DNA of 27,214 bases from Planctomycetaceae bacterium (GTDB taxonomy: Bacteria; Planctomycetota; Planctomycetia; Planctomycetales; Planctomycetaceae), in NCBI GenBank assembly GCA_041984625.1, contig JBHIXT010000003.1, positions 1-27,214 of the forward strand. The letters run 5' to 3'. Numbering within the stretch: the stretch's first letter is position 1; every line of letters starts with the position of its first letter. Below the pieces are notes generated by a model that was not told where the DNA came from, did not search any database, and saw nothing but the letters and a program-made list of their open reading frames with translations. Of the stretch, positions 1 to 7,721 are shown piece after piece. A program made the position numbers and the translations under genes.

Positions 1-233
1 ACGGCGGTCAGCCGAAATGTGATCGACACGGCCTCGCGGCCGCGCGCCCGGTCGCCCGTCGCTTTAGCGAAAGACTGACCTTCCACGATCGATCCGACGA
101 GCGGAGGGAGCGCCGCAGTGACACCGGCAGCGGGCGGCAGGTTCACGATCTGCGGCAGAAGGCTCGCCGCAATGGTCAACCCGCCATAAACCAGCGCGTA
201 ACGCAAAATGTTGATCCCGTTTTCCGCAGTCAT
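1..233 (-). CDS. Membrane protein, partial (runs off the left edge); resembles ABZJ_00895-family proteins
   Basis: Not in the ORF track. Manual translation from ATG 233: MTAENGINILRYALVYGGLTIAASLLPQIVNLPPAAGVTAALPPLVGSIVEGQSFAKATGDRARGREAVSITFRLTA, open to the edge. It has two hydrophobic segments, RYALV and EGQSFAK motifs, and a GGACGGA purine tract upstream. The family name is from recall. Confidence 0.6.
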   Translation of the reverse strand, partial: MTAENGINILRYALVYGGLTIAASLLPQIVNLPPAAGVTAALPPLVGSIVEGQSFAKATGDRARGREAVSITFRLTA

Positions 234-288
234 TCCGTCCGTCCCGTTCTGGTGCGGCGACCCTAATTGCGGCTGCGAGCGGTGGCAA

Positions 289-423
289 TCACTTGCGCGG
301 GCGAGGCAGATCCGCAAGCCCGGCAGGACCGAGTCGTGCGAGCGCGGGGTGATCCAGGGGATCCGGTTGGCCCAGCTTGCGGGGCGGTCTCGGGCGAAAT
401 GGTGATGGAAGGTGCCAAGTCAT
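289..423 (-). CDS. 44-aa small protein divergent from the LysR gene
   Basis: MTWHLPSPFRPRPPRKLGQPDPLDHPALARLGPAGLADLPRPRK*. AAAGGA RBS just upstream of ATG 423. The DPLxHPxL...LADLP motif recalls small alphaproteobacterial proteins found next to GcvA-type regulators. Confidence 0.65.
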   Translation of the reverse strand: MTWHLPSPFRPRPPRKLGQPDPLDHPALARLGPAGLADLPRPRK

Positions 424-496
424 GTCGTATCCTTTCGTTTCAAAACACGATACGCTGTCCAAGACCAATGAAATATGTAGATAGTGAATAGTCGAT

Positions 497-511
497 TTTA
501 GGAAACCTAAA
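497..511. promoter_or_regulatory. LysR recognition box (T-N11-A palindrome)
   Basis: TTTAGGAAACCTAAA; the core TTAGG-AAA-CCTAA (498-510) is a perfect T-N11-A dyad. It lies in the AT-rich divergent spacer and abuts the LysR ATG. Confidence 0.7.
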
Positions 512-1347
512 TGACGGCCCTGAACAGGATACCACTTTCGGCGTTGCGCGCCGCCGATGCGGTCGCGCGGCTGGGAACGCTCGGGCAAGCGGCGGAGGAG
601 CTTGGCATTTCGATCGGCGCGGTGAGCCAGAGGATCGCCAAGGCCGAGGCCACGCTTGGCGTTTCCCTGTTCCATCGCGATCCACGCGGCATGCGTTTGA
701 CCGAAGTCGGTGCCGCTCTCGCCCCCGATCTTGCCGCAGGGTTCGGCCACCTTGCGCGCGCCGTGGACCTGGCGAGCCGGGACAAAGCGCATACGCTCAT
801 CGTGTCCGTAGCGCCGATTTTCGCGTCACGCTGGCTGGTGCACCGTCTCCCGGGGTTCTATGCACAGCACCCTGATATTCGCGTGCGAATCGACAGCGCG
901 GTTGGTCTCGTGGACCCGAGCACGTCGGACGTGGACCTCTGCCTTCGCATAGGGCACGGCCCTTACCCGGAGGTGCGTGCCGAGCGCCTGTTCGACCAAC
1001 GTGTCATGCCGGTATGCGCACCCGACATGGCCGAACGACTGAAGTCTCCTGCCGACCTTGCGAGTGTGCCGATCGTGCGTGACGTGAACTCCGCGTTTTC
1101 CTGGGCGGATTGGCTCGGCCCCGAAGGGCTGTCTGCCGACATTCTGGGCCCCGGCCCGGAATTCTCTGACGGCAGTCTCGCCTTCTACGCGGCGATGGGC
1201 GGCGCCGGGGTCTATCTGAGTTGGGAGACGCTCGACATCGAGGCGCTCAAATCCGGGCGCATCATCGCGCCATTCGGAGAAAGGCGGCACAAGACGGGTC
1301 AGGCCTATTGGCGAAGACCTTGCCCTGATCATTTCCCGCCGCGATGA
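511..1347 (+). CDS. LysR-family regulator (GcvA/AmpR-like); C-terminus apparently truncated at ~1311
   Basis: HTH: LSALRAADAVARLGTLGQAAEELGISIGAVSQRIAKAEATLGVSLF. Substrate domain: FASRWLVHRLPGFYAQHPDI. After ...GQAYW (TGG 1309-1311) the usual LV...F..WL tail is missing and replaced by RRPCPDHFPPR*. Confidence 0.9.
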   Translation: MTALNRIPLSALRAADAVARLGTLGQAAEELGISIGAVSQRIAKAEATLGVSLFHRDPRGMRLTEVGAALAPDLAAGFGHLARAVDLASRDKAHTLIVSVAPIFASRWLVHRLPGFYAQHPDIRVRIDSAVGLVDPSTSDVDLCLRIGHGPYPEVRAERLFDQRVMPVCAPDMAERLKSPADLASVPIVRDVNSAFSWADWLGPEGLSADILGPGPEFSDGSLAFYAAMGGAGVYLSWETLDIEALKSGRIIAPFGERRHKTGQAYWRRPCPDHFPPR

Positions 1348-1858
1348 GAGCTCCGCCGCCATGGCTGAGGCCCAGCAGGCATTCGAAGAACTGTACCGCC
1401 GGCACTCTCCCCGACTGTTCGCGTTTCTCTCTTCGCGGATTCACCGCAACGATCTGGAGGACGTCCACCAGGAAATCTGGCAGCGTGTGTGGGAGCGGAT
1501 TCCGACGGCATTCCGCGGCGGCAACTTCCGCGTGTGGCTGTTCCACATCAGTCGCAACTACGTGATCGATGTCGGCCGGAAGAAGAAGAGCAGCCCGATG
1601 GGTGACGCCGACGAAGCGATCGTGGCCGCCGGCCCTGGCCCGGAAGAGAACTCGACCACCGCCGAACAGATGAACGTGCTGGCCGAGTGCCTGCAGGAGA
1701 TTGAAGGCGCAGCGGCTGACGTGCTCAAACGCCGGTTGCGGGGGGAATCGTACGCGGAGATCTGCAGCGGGCTGTCAATCACACCGGCCAGTGCCCACAA
1801 GCTGCTGTTCCGTGCCAAGGCGGCGATGTCCCGGCGACTGCAGGAGTGCTACGCCTGA
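1313..1858 (+). CDS. ECF sigma-70 factor, probably 5'-truncated (first in-frame ATG at 1361)
   Basis: Region 2: AFEELYRRH, EDVHQEIW, FRVWLFHISRNYVID. Region 4: SYAEIC..L.I.......LLFRAK. The frame upstream of 1361 reads EDLALIISRRDESSAA, like the typical ECF (D)ExL N-terminal helix, and breaks at ~1312. Confidence 0.88.
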   Translation, partial: EDLALIISRRDESSAAMAEAQQAFEELYRRHSPRLFAFLSSRIHRNDLEDVHQEIWQRVWERIPTAFRGGNFRVWLFHISRNYVIDVGRKKKSSPMGDADEAIVAAGPGPEENSTTAEQMNVLAECLQEIEGAAADVLKRRLRGESYAEICSGLSITPASAHKLLFRAKAAMSRRLQECYA

Positions 1859-1930
1859 GCGAAGCATCTCCGGGGAGTCCGATTCGCGCTGCCATCCCGC
1901 ATCCGGCCTCCGGTGATTCGGGAGAAATCG

Positions 1931-3016
1931 TCACTCGCCCGTCGTGTCCGGTCGCTGCAATCGCCACGTCACAGACTCGACACTCCCGGCGGCGATGGCA
2001 TCACCGAGTGCCTGATCCGATTCAAGCGCCTTCGCCGGGATCCGCCGGACGGGGACAGCCAGCAGAAGTTCCTCCGTGTTGAACGGCCACGGAGCGACGG
2101 TAAGCCGATGTTCGCCGGAAGCGTGATGCGATGCGACCGGTCGAAACTCGAACTCGCGGCCTCCCGGCAGTCCGAACGACTGCGGCTCATCGCGATCCGC
2201 ACAGCAGAGCCACAGGCTGATCCGATCGAAGAACTGCACATACCGGAATCCGGTATCCAGAACCCGGGGCAGATCGTATCCGGCAAACTCCCGCGGCAGT
2301 TCCGATTGCCACGCTTCCTGCCGAGTCTTCATCTTCAACAGGAATTCTTCAGCGGGAGTCAGATCCTCCGCTTCGGGATCACGGTGCTGCAATGCCTGCT
2401 CGGCAAGCCAGCAGAAATGTCGGCTGACCCAGGTACCGCCCAGCGGGGAACTCCCGTTGAGAGGAACTTCCAACCGGAAAAAGTCGCCGACGAAGTCGTG
2501 CAAGTCGGCCGTGATGATCGACAGCGCGACGAGGTCGGAGAGGATGCGGCGGGTGGATGTCGCCGTGACTCCCAGCGAATCTGCGGCCCGTTCCACAATT
2601 TCGTGTTCGCGGAAGCTGGTGCGGAAGGAGAGGACGGCCGCCAGCACCGCGGCGTTCTGCCCGCTCAACTGACGTCCCTTCTTTGCCAGATGCTCCCGGA
2701 ATTTCCGCAACGGGCGAGCGTGCGAAGGGGCGCCTCCGCCGGCGATGTCGATGCTGTGTTGCCAGATCTTCACGGATGTCGCCAGCGGCATCTCGGTGAA
2801 GTTGCGGGGCTGGCCGGTCTGCGGATTCACCTCGGGCGTCTGTTCCCATTCCCGCCACCCGTCATCATGGAAACGGACGGCATCGACGAGATCATCCCGC
2901 AGCGGAAGCGCGGGAACGGTTTCGTTTCCCCAATGCGCCGCCATCCGTCCCGCCAGGTGCGCATGATCGACCTGCGAGATCAGCAGCCAGTCATTCTGGT
3001 GCTCACGACGGATCAT
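1931..3016 (-). CDS. DUF3891-like protein (HD-type His/Asp motifs) with an internal winged-helix insertion
   Basis: Family-like motifs LISQVDHAHLAG, WGN, HDDGW, P.NFTE, W..SI, VSRHF, FDRISLWLC, PWPF. Residues ~94-188 form an extra segment. Confidence 0.75.
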   Translation of the reverse strand: MIRREHQNDWLLISQVDHAHLAGRMAAHWGNETVPALPLRDDLVDAVRFHDDGWREWEQTPEVNPQTGQPRNFTEMPLATSVKIWQHSIDIAGGGAPSHARPLRKFREHLAKKGRQLSGQNAAVLAAVLSFRTSFREHEIVERAADSLGVTATSTRRILSDLVALSIITADLHDFVGDFFRLEVPLNGSSPLGGTWVSRHFCWLAEQALQHRDPEAEDLTPAEEFLLKMKTRQEAWQSELPREFAGYDLPRVLDTGFRYVQFFDRISLWLCCADRDEPQSFGLPGGREFEFRPVASHHASGEHRLTVAPWPFNTEELLLAVPVRRIPAKALESDQALGDAIAAGSVESVTWRLQRPDTTGE

Positions 3017-3195
3017 GACAGGTTCCGGGAGAACGGGAGTGCGAAGAGTGTGAAGGGGTACGGAGTCCTGTGGTCCAGCGGGAGGGGGCTTGACGTTGGT
3101 GACAGATCGGGATGGATCGCGATGTTCGGGTCCGACAGCAGGCTGTCGGCCTGGTTTGCTTCCGCGCGCTACGAGCGCTCACTCCTTTTGTACTC

Positions 3196-3227
3196 ATTCA
3201 CCGTTTCACTATTTCACATTCTCACCC
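3196..3227. repeat. Four degenerate 8-nt tandem units (xxTCAC core)
   Basis: ATTCACCG TTTCACTA TTTCACAT TCTCACCC in a pyrimidine-rich tract just downstream of the peptidase stop. Confidence 0.5.
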
Positions 3228-3242
3228 TTCCCTCCCCCCACA

Positions 3243-5399
3243 TCACTGCAACCACTGATCCCACCATTCGAGGATCTGTCCGAGGCGATGAATCCGCAGG
3301 TCGGTGGGGCCCTGGCGACTCATCCCGTGGCTGGTGGTGCGGGGATAGCGGACGAACCGGGTGGGGATTCCGCGGAGCTTGAGCGCTGCGAACACCTGTT
3401 CGGACTGCTCGACGTTACACCGCAGATCACCTTCGCTGTGGATGATCAGTGTGGGCGTCATCACATTGCCGAAGTGCTTGAGCGGGCTCTGTTCCCAGAT
3501 GGTTTCGATGTTGTCCCATGAGTTGCCCGGCCAGTAATGATCTGGCACCAGGGGGATATCGCTGCTGCCGACCATGCTGACGAGATTGGAAACGCACCGG
3601 TCGGTGATCGCGCCGGCGTAGTCATCGCTGTGCCCGATCGCCCAGTTCGTCATGTAGCCGCCGTAGCTGCCGCCCATGATGCCCAGCTTCCGGTTGTCGA
3701 TCCACGGCTGCTCCTGCATGAACCTGGTGACCGCCTGGATGTCCTCCCAGTCACGCTTGCCCCAGTCCCCGCGGATCGAATTGCAGTGCGTTTCCCCGTA
3801 CCCCTTGCTCCCGCGGGGATTGGAGTACACCACCACATATCCGGCAGCGGCCAGCAACTGGAACTCGTGAAAGAACGCTTCGCCGTACTGGGCATGCGGC
3901 CCGCCGTGAATCTGCAGTACGGCGGGATAGCGGCGATTCTCGCGGAAGCCGGGCGGCTTCATGACCCACGTATGTACCTTCGCCCCTTCGGTGGACGGCA
4001 CCCAATGCGGTTCCGCGGGGATCAGTTCGATTTCATCCAGCAGCGGGCGATTGAATTCCGAGAGGGACCGCGTGCGGAGCGCAGCGGTATTCTTCCCACC
4101 GCTGAATTCTCCGATCGCCGCTTCCGGCGGAGCGAGTTGATCACCGATCGTCAGCGCCATCCGCCGACCATCGGCCGACAGGTTTCCCATGGCGATCGAC
4201 CGTCGGCCCCGCGTGTGAGCGGTCACCTTGCTGCCGTCCAGTCCGACCGAGAAGACATGCGTGCCGCCCTTCCAGCCGAAGTTCATGAACACCCGCCGGC
4301 TGTCGGGACTCCACAGGATGTTCTCGTCGAATTCGGCCTCCGCCGTATCGCTGAGCGTGGCGCTCCGCAGGCAGTAGTCGGACTCTTCGGTGAGGTCGCG
4401 GAAGTCGGTTCCGTCCGGGCGGCAGACCACCAGATGCGTATTGTGACATCCCCAGATCTCCTTTCCCCGGCGTCCGGCGAAGGCGATCCACTGACCATCC
4501 GGCGACCAGGCCACAGCTCCCTTGCGGCCGACCGGTACGTCCGGAATCTTCGCCGCGCGGCCGGAGTCCGCCTCCACCCGGAACAGATCGACCTTCCAGG
4601 GTTCGAGCCAGCCCTCAGGGGTGGTATTGGCCGTCACGACGAGCTCAGAGGAATCGGGTGCCCAGTCGTAATGAAACAGGCCGAGGGAATCCCGATCAAA
4701 AATCATCCGGTGCTCGCCGGTCGCGACGTCCACGCAGTACAACTGAAATCGCTGGCTGTCAAAATATCCATCGCCGTCCAGTCGATAGAACATCCGGTCG
4801 ATCACCCGCGGCGGAATACTGCCGCCGGTTTCCTCGCGCTCCCGCGCGGCCTCCCGGGTCCATTCGGGCGCCGTCTCCCGGAACGCCACAGCCAGACGCC
4901 TGCCGTCCGGCGACCAGAGAAAACCGGAGAATGTGCCCTCGGGGAAACCGGTCAGCGGGGTTGCTTCGCCACCTTCCGCAGGGATCGTGTAGATCTGCGG
5001 CGGGGAATCATCCCGCTCGGCAATCAACGCGATCGTCCGCCCATCGGGAGACCACCGTGCGTGGCGATCCTTCCCGCTCGCCGTGAACTGCCGCGGAGCA
5101 CCGTTCCGCGCTGCCACAATCCACAGATTCGTCTCCGGGTTGTTCTTCGGGCCGACATGCCGCTTCGTGAACAGTATCTGCGACCCGTCGGGCGATATCT
5201 GCGGATCCGAAACGATCTGCAGTCGTTGCAGATCCTCCGCGACGACCGCCCGCTTCTTCGAGCTCTCAATGGATGATCCATTGGTCGAGGACTCGCCTTC
5301 GCTGCGGGCCGCCTTCTTCCGTGCCGCCACGCCGGTGGAGCGTCGCGCGGCGGGCTTCCGCTGACGGACGACGCGCTGGGACTTCTTCTTCGCGGGCAT
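3243..5399 (-). CDS. S9 prolyl oligopeptidase / acylaminoacyl-peptidase family protein (718 aa)
   Basis: TolB/PD40-like WSPDG propeller repeats, IHGGPH, NPRGSKGYG, nucleophile GGSYGG, Asp in SEGDLRC, His in SHG. Start moved to ATG 5399 (MPAKKK), which has an AAAGG RBS. Confidence 0.93.
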   Translation of the reverse strand: MPAKKKSQRVVRQRKPAARRSTGVAARKKAARSEGESSTNGSSIESSKKRAVVAEDLQRLQIVSDPQISPDGSQILFTKRHVGPKNNPETNLWIVAARNGAPRQFTASGKDRHARWSPDGRTIALIAERDDSPPQIYTIPAEGGEATPLTGFPEGTFSGFLWSPDGRRLAVAFRETAPEWTREAAREREETGGSIPPRVIDRMFYRLDGDGYFDSQRFQLYCVDVATGEHRMIFDRDSLGLFHYDWAPDSSELVVTANTTPEGWLEPWKVDLFRVEADSGRAAKIPDVPVGRKGAVAWSPDGQWIAFAGRRGKEIWGCHNTHLVVCRPDGTDFRDLTEESDYCLRSATLSDTAEAEFDENILWSPDSRRVFMNFGWKGGTHVFSVGLDGSKVTAHTRGRRSIAMGNLSADGRRMALTIGDQLAPPEAAIGEFSGGKNTAALRTRSLSEFNRPLLDEIELIPAEPHWVPSTEGAKVHTWVMKPPGFRENRRYPAVLQIHGGPHAQYGEAFFHEFQLLAAAGYVVVYSNPRGSKGYGETHCNSIRGDWGKRDWEDIQAVTRFMQEQPWIDNRKLGIMGGSYGGYMTNWAIGHSDDYAGAITDRCVSNLVSMVGSSDIPLVPDHYWPGNSWDNIETIWEQSPLKHFGNVMTPTLIIHSEGDLRCNVEQSEQVFAALKLRGIPTRFVRYPRTTSHGMSRQGPTDLRIHRLGQILEWWDQWLQ

Positions 5400-5753
5400 C
5401 TGGCAACCTTTCCGACAACTGGCGAAGTACGGGGATCTGGCGAAGGTCAGACAACGCGGAGTTGATCGATCAACGTGGGATGACACGCCGACCCTTGGTC
5501 TGCGACCGCACATTTCGGATCGCCCGACCCGTTGCACCTGCCGAGTTTACGATGATCGGTCGTTGAATTCACGGGCAGCCGCTTCTGCGCATCGTGTCCG
5601 TGCAGCTTCTCCGGTCCGGCAGAGACTGCCGGCGCGGTCGGAATCACCGCCTGCGGCCGGTCTGCGGTCTGCGGAATCCGTGCGGTTGATGCGGCTCGAG
5701 CGGATCATTGGTCACGAAATGACAGACCGGCCTGTGCCTGCGCAGAGATGATA

Positions 5754-5782
5754 TTGACCGTCCGAACAACCACGAATAGAGT
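5754..5782 (+). promoter_or_regulatory. Putative sigma-70 promoter for the methyltransferase
   Basis: TTGACC (5754-5759), 17-nt spacer, TAGAGT (5777-5782), ~87 nt upstream of ATG 5869. Confidence 0.55.
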
Positions 5783-5868
5783 ACCAATCCCTTCCACCCC
5801 GGCTTCCGGTGCGGGTGTTTCGCACTGGCCGAGGCCGCAGAGTTCCGGACGGAATTTCGAGGTGAACT

Positions 5869-6591
5869 ATGCGACTCGCTCATCCGGTCTACTCGGAATC
5901 ATTTGACCACGCAGAGCAGTATCGCCTGCCCCGGCGCGTGCTGCGGCATCTGATTTCCGCACACGATATCGTCGTCGGTTCACGGGTCCTGACGGTCGGT
6001 CAGGGAAGTGCTTCGCTGGGACGATATCTCGAATACCTGGGCTTCCATACGTCCTGTTTCGATGAGTCCGCCGAAGCCACCATGCAGGCCCGGACACGCT
6101 GGCCGGACATGGACCATCTGTACTGTGGCCGCGCCGACAGCGAGTTGCCTTTCACGCCCCGCCAGTTCGATCTGGTCGTGCTGCGGGAAGTCGAAGCGTT
6201 TGCCGGTTCGCTGTTTTCAGCGGAGGCGTTCCGGACGACGGCCAACCTGCTGGAGACGGTTCGCCCCGGCGGTCATCTGTGTATCCGGGCACGACGGGAT
6301 GCAGTGACGGGCCGGATTCGGACCGCTCACTCGAATGAGTGCTATGTGCAGCATCTCTCCCGGTTCCCCGGTCCCTACCGGGTTCACGAGTTTCCCGATT
6401 CTCTGGTTCACTCCGATACCGTGAACTGGCTGGTGGGATGGCACGAAACGCCCGGTTATCTGATGCTCTCGCTCCGCGTGCCGGATGAGCCTCTCGATCC
6501 GACCGATTGGCTGATGCTGGCCACCATGGCGACCGCCGCCAGTCAGAAGCTCTGCTGCGAAGCCGCCGCCCGCCCGCTGCAGGTGGACTGA
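5869..6591 (+). CDS. Class I SAM-dependent methyltransferase-like protein
   Basis: Degenerate motif I (GSRVLTVGQGSASL), acidic post-I (CFDES), LPF..RQFDLVVL, and VRPGGHLCI. GAGGTG RBS. Confidence 0.75.
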   Translation: MRLAHPVYSESFDHAEQYRLPRRVLRHLISAHDIVVGSRVLTVGQGSASLGRYLEYLGFHTSCFDESAEATMQARTRWPDMDHLYCGRADSELPFTPRQFDLVVLREVEAFAGSLFSAEAFRTTANLLETVRPGGHLCIRARRDAVTGRIRTAHSNECYVQHLSRFPGPYRVHEFPDSLVHSDTVNWLVGWHETPGYLMLSLRVPDEPLDPTDWLMLATMATAASQKLCCEAAARPLQVD

Positions 6592-6645
6592 ACATCGCGA
6601 GCGGGCAGTTTCTGGCAACGCGAAGATTCTGAATCCTCGTGTGCC

Positions 6646-6686
6646 ACCGGCTCCCCCAGTGCCCAGCAGGATAGGGGGATGTCGGT
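6646..6686 (+). terminator. GC-rich hairpin downstream of the methyltransferase (terminator or degenerate REP)
   Basis: ACCGGC-TCCCCC pairs with GGGGGA-(T)-GTCGGT, followed by CTTC. The U-tract is weak. Confidence 0.3.
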
Positions 6687-6729
6687 CTTCGAGACGCGAT
6701 CAGCAGCGGTCCGGTATCGACAAGTCGTC

Positions 6730-6921
6730 ACGGGCGGCCGCGATTGCTTGCAATCGGGGCGGGCGAAGCCCGTGGGAGGCGCCGGGAAGCGGCACGCAGC
6801 ACTCGACGGATTCGTTCTGTCGAGACTCTTGAGCTTGAAATACGCTGCGGAGCCGCGGACGTGGGACCGTCATCTCAAACGGTTGCGGCGCCACGATTGT
6901 CGAGCAATCGTGGCCACCCGT
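6730..6921. repeat. REPIN/MITE-like element with ~30-bp imperfect terminal inverted repeats, each itself a hairpin
   Basis: Left arm ACGGGCGGCCGCGATTGCTTGCAATCGGGGC; right arm reverse-complemented ACGGGTGGCCACGATTGCTCGACAATCGTGGC. Each arm has a CGATTG..CAATCG dyad. Confidence 0.7.
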
Positions 6922-7044
6922 TCTCGTGAGTTACCGCATCTGTCCCGGTCAGATGCGACCACGAACCCGCCGATCAGCCGATCATCCCCGCTCGGATTCC
7001 CGCCGCATGGCAAACGTCTTTTTCAGGATGCGTAGTCCCGGAGC

Positions 7045-7133
7045 GGGTGGCGGGCGGCGCTCCGCGAAGCGGAAGCCCCCGTGGTCGAAGGCTTTCTGAA
7101 ACGGGGGCTACCTCCGGAGCGCCCCCGCCACCC
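7045..7133. repeat. ~89-bp palindromic REP-like element, copy 1
   Basis: GGGTGGCGGG..GCGCTCCG..AGCCCCCGT...ACGGGGGCT..CGGAGCGC..CCCGCCACCC forms nested stems. A near-identical copy lies at 8758-8847. Confidence 0.85.
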
Positions 7134-7289
7134 CACCTGTTTTGAACAAACCGTTTGCCCTGTTCCCGCCGCGCGTGCCCTGCCGGTGCGCGCGTGAAGT
7201 CGGTAGAATCGGCGGAGTGTTCGCCGGCTGATCGCTTTTCGCAAAGCGGTGTCGGTTCGCGTTCTCTATCTCGCGTGTCAGGTTGATCG

Positions 7290-7664
7290 ATGACGGATCC
7301 TGCTCTCCCCACGGCCGCGCCGCGGTGGCATATTGCTGATTTCGCCGAAATCCCCGGCGTTCCCTGCCCGTGCGGGACCGCCCGGCGGGCGTTCGCGGAC
7401 GTGCCCGAGTATCCGGGAACGATCCACGTCACGCGGATCTCGGCCGAAGCAAAACGGCACTACCACAAGCGGTTGACCGAGACGTACTACTTTCTCGAAT
7501 GTGACGCCGACGCGGAGATGGAACTGGACGGCGAGCGGATCCCCGTGCATCCCGAGATGTGCATCATGATTCCGCCCGGCGTGCGGCATCGGGCGGTGGG
7601 AGTAATGACCGTGCTGATCGTGGTGCTGCCCAAGTTCGATCCGGCCGACGAATGGTTTGACTGA
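7290..7664 (+). CDS. Cupin-domain protein
   Basis: Cupin motif 1 HYH...ETYYFL and motif 2 IPPGVRH; N-terminal CPCG. Confidence 0.88.
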   Translation: MTDPALPTAAPRWHIADFAEIPGVPCPCGTARRAFADVPEYPGTIHVTRISAEAKRHYHKRLTETYYFLECDADAEMELDGERIPVHPEMCIMIPPGVRHRAVGVMTVLIVVLPKFDPADEWFD

Positions 7665-7721
7665 GCCGCCGCCATCACGAGTCCCGGATAACTCTCAGGC
7701 CAATGACCGAAAGGAAGACAC

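Noticed and set aside
60..90. Suspected frameshift in the left-edge membrane protein
   Set aside because: Re-reading gives GAA GGT CAG TCT TTC GCT AAA; the frame is intact.
1913..5276. Long plus-strand ORFs 1913-3382 and 3537-5276
   Set aside because: Antisense shadows of the DUF3891-like and S9 genes, with no motifs; expected in high-GC DNA.
5400..5537. Upstream extensions of ORF-track starts (5537; likewise 8761, 11846, 17791, 19272)
   Set aside because: Downstream ATGs have an RBS and/or put signal peptides at the N-terminus, and the extensions look non-coding.
5652..5703. Five TGCGG pentamers plus one AGCGG in the divergent spacer
   Set aside because: Irregular spacing (11, 7, 11, 9, 9) and a short GC-rich word, so plausible by chance. 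Not a CRISPR or iteron array.
6679..7035. 118-aa ORF in the intergenic region
   Set aside because: It runs through palindromic repeats and has no protein-like motifs.
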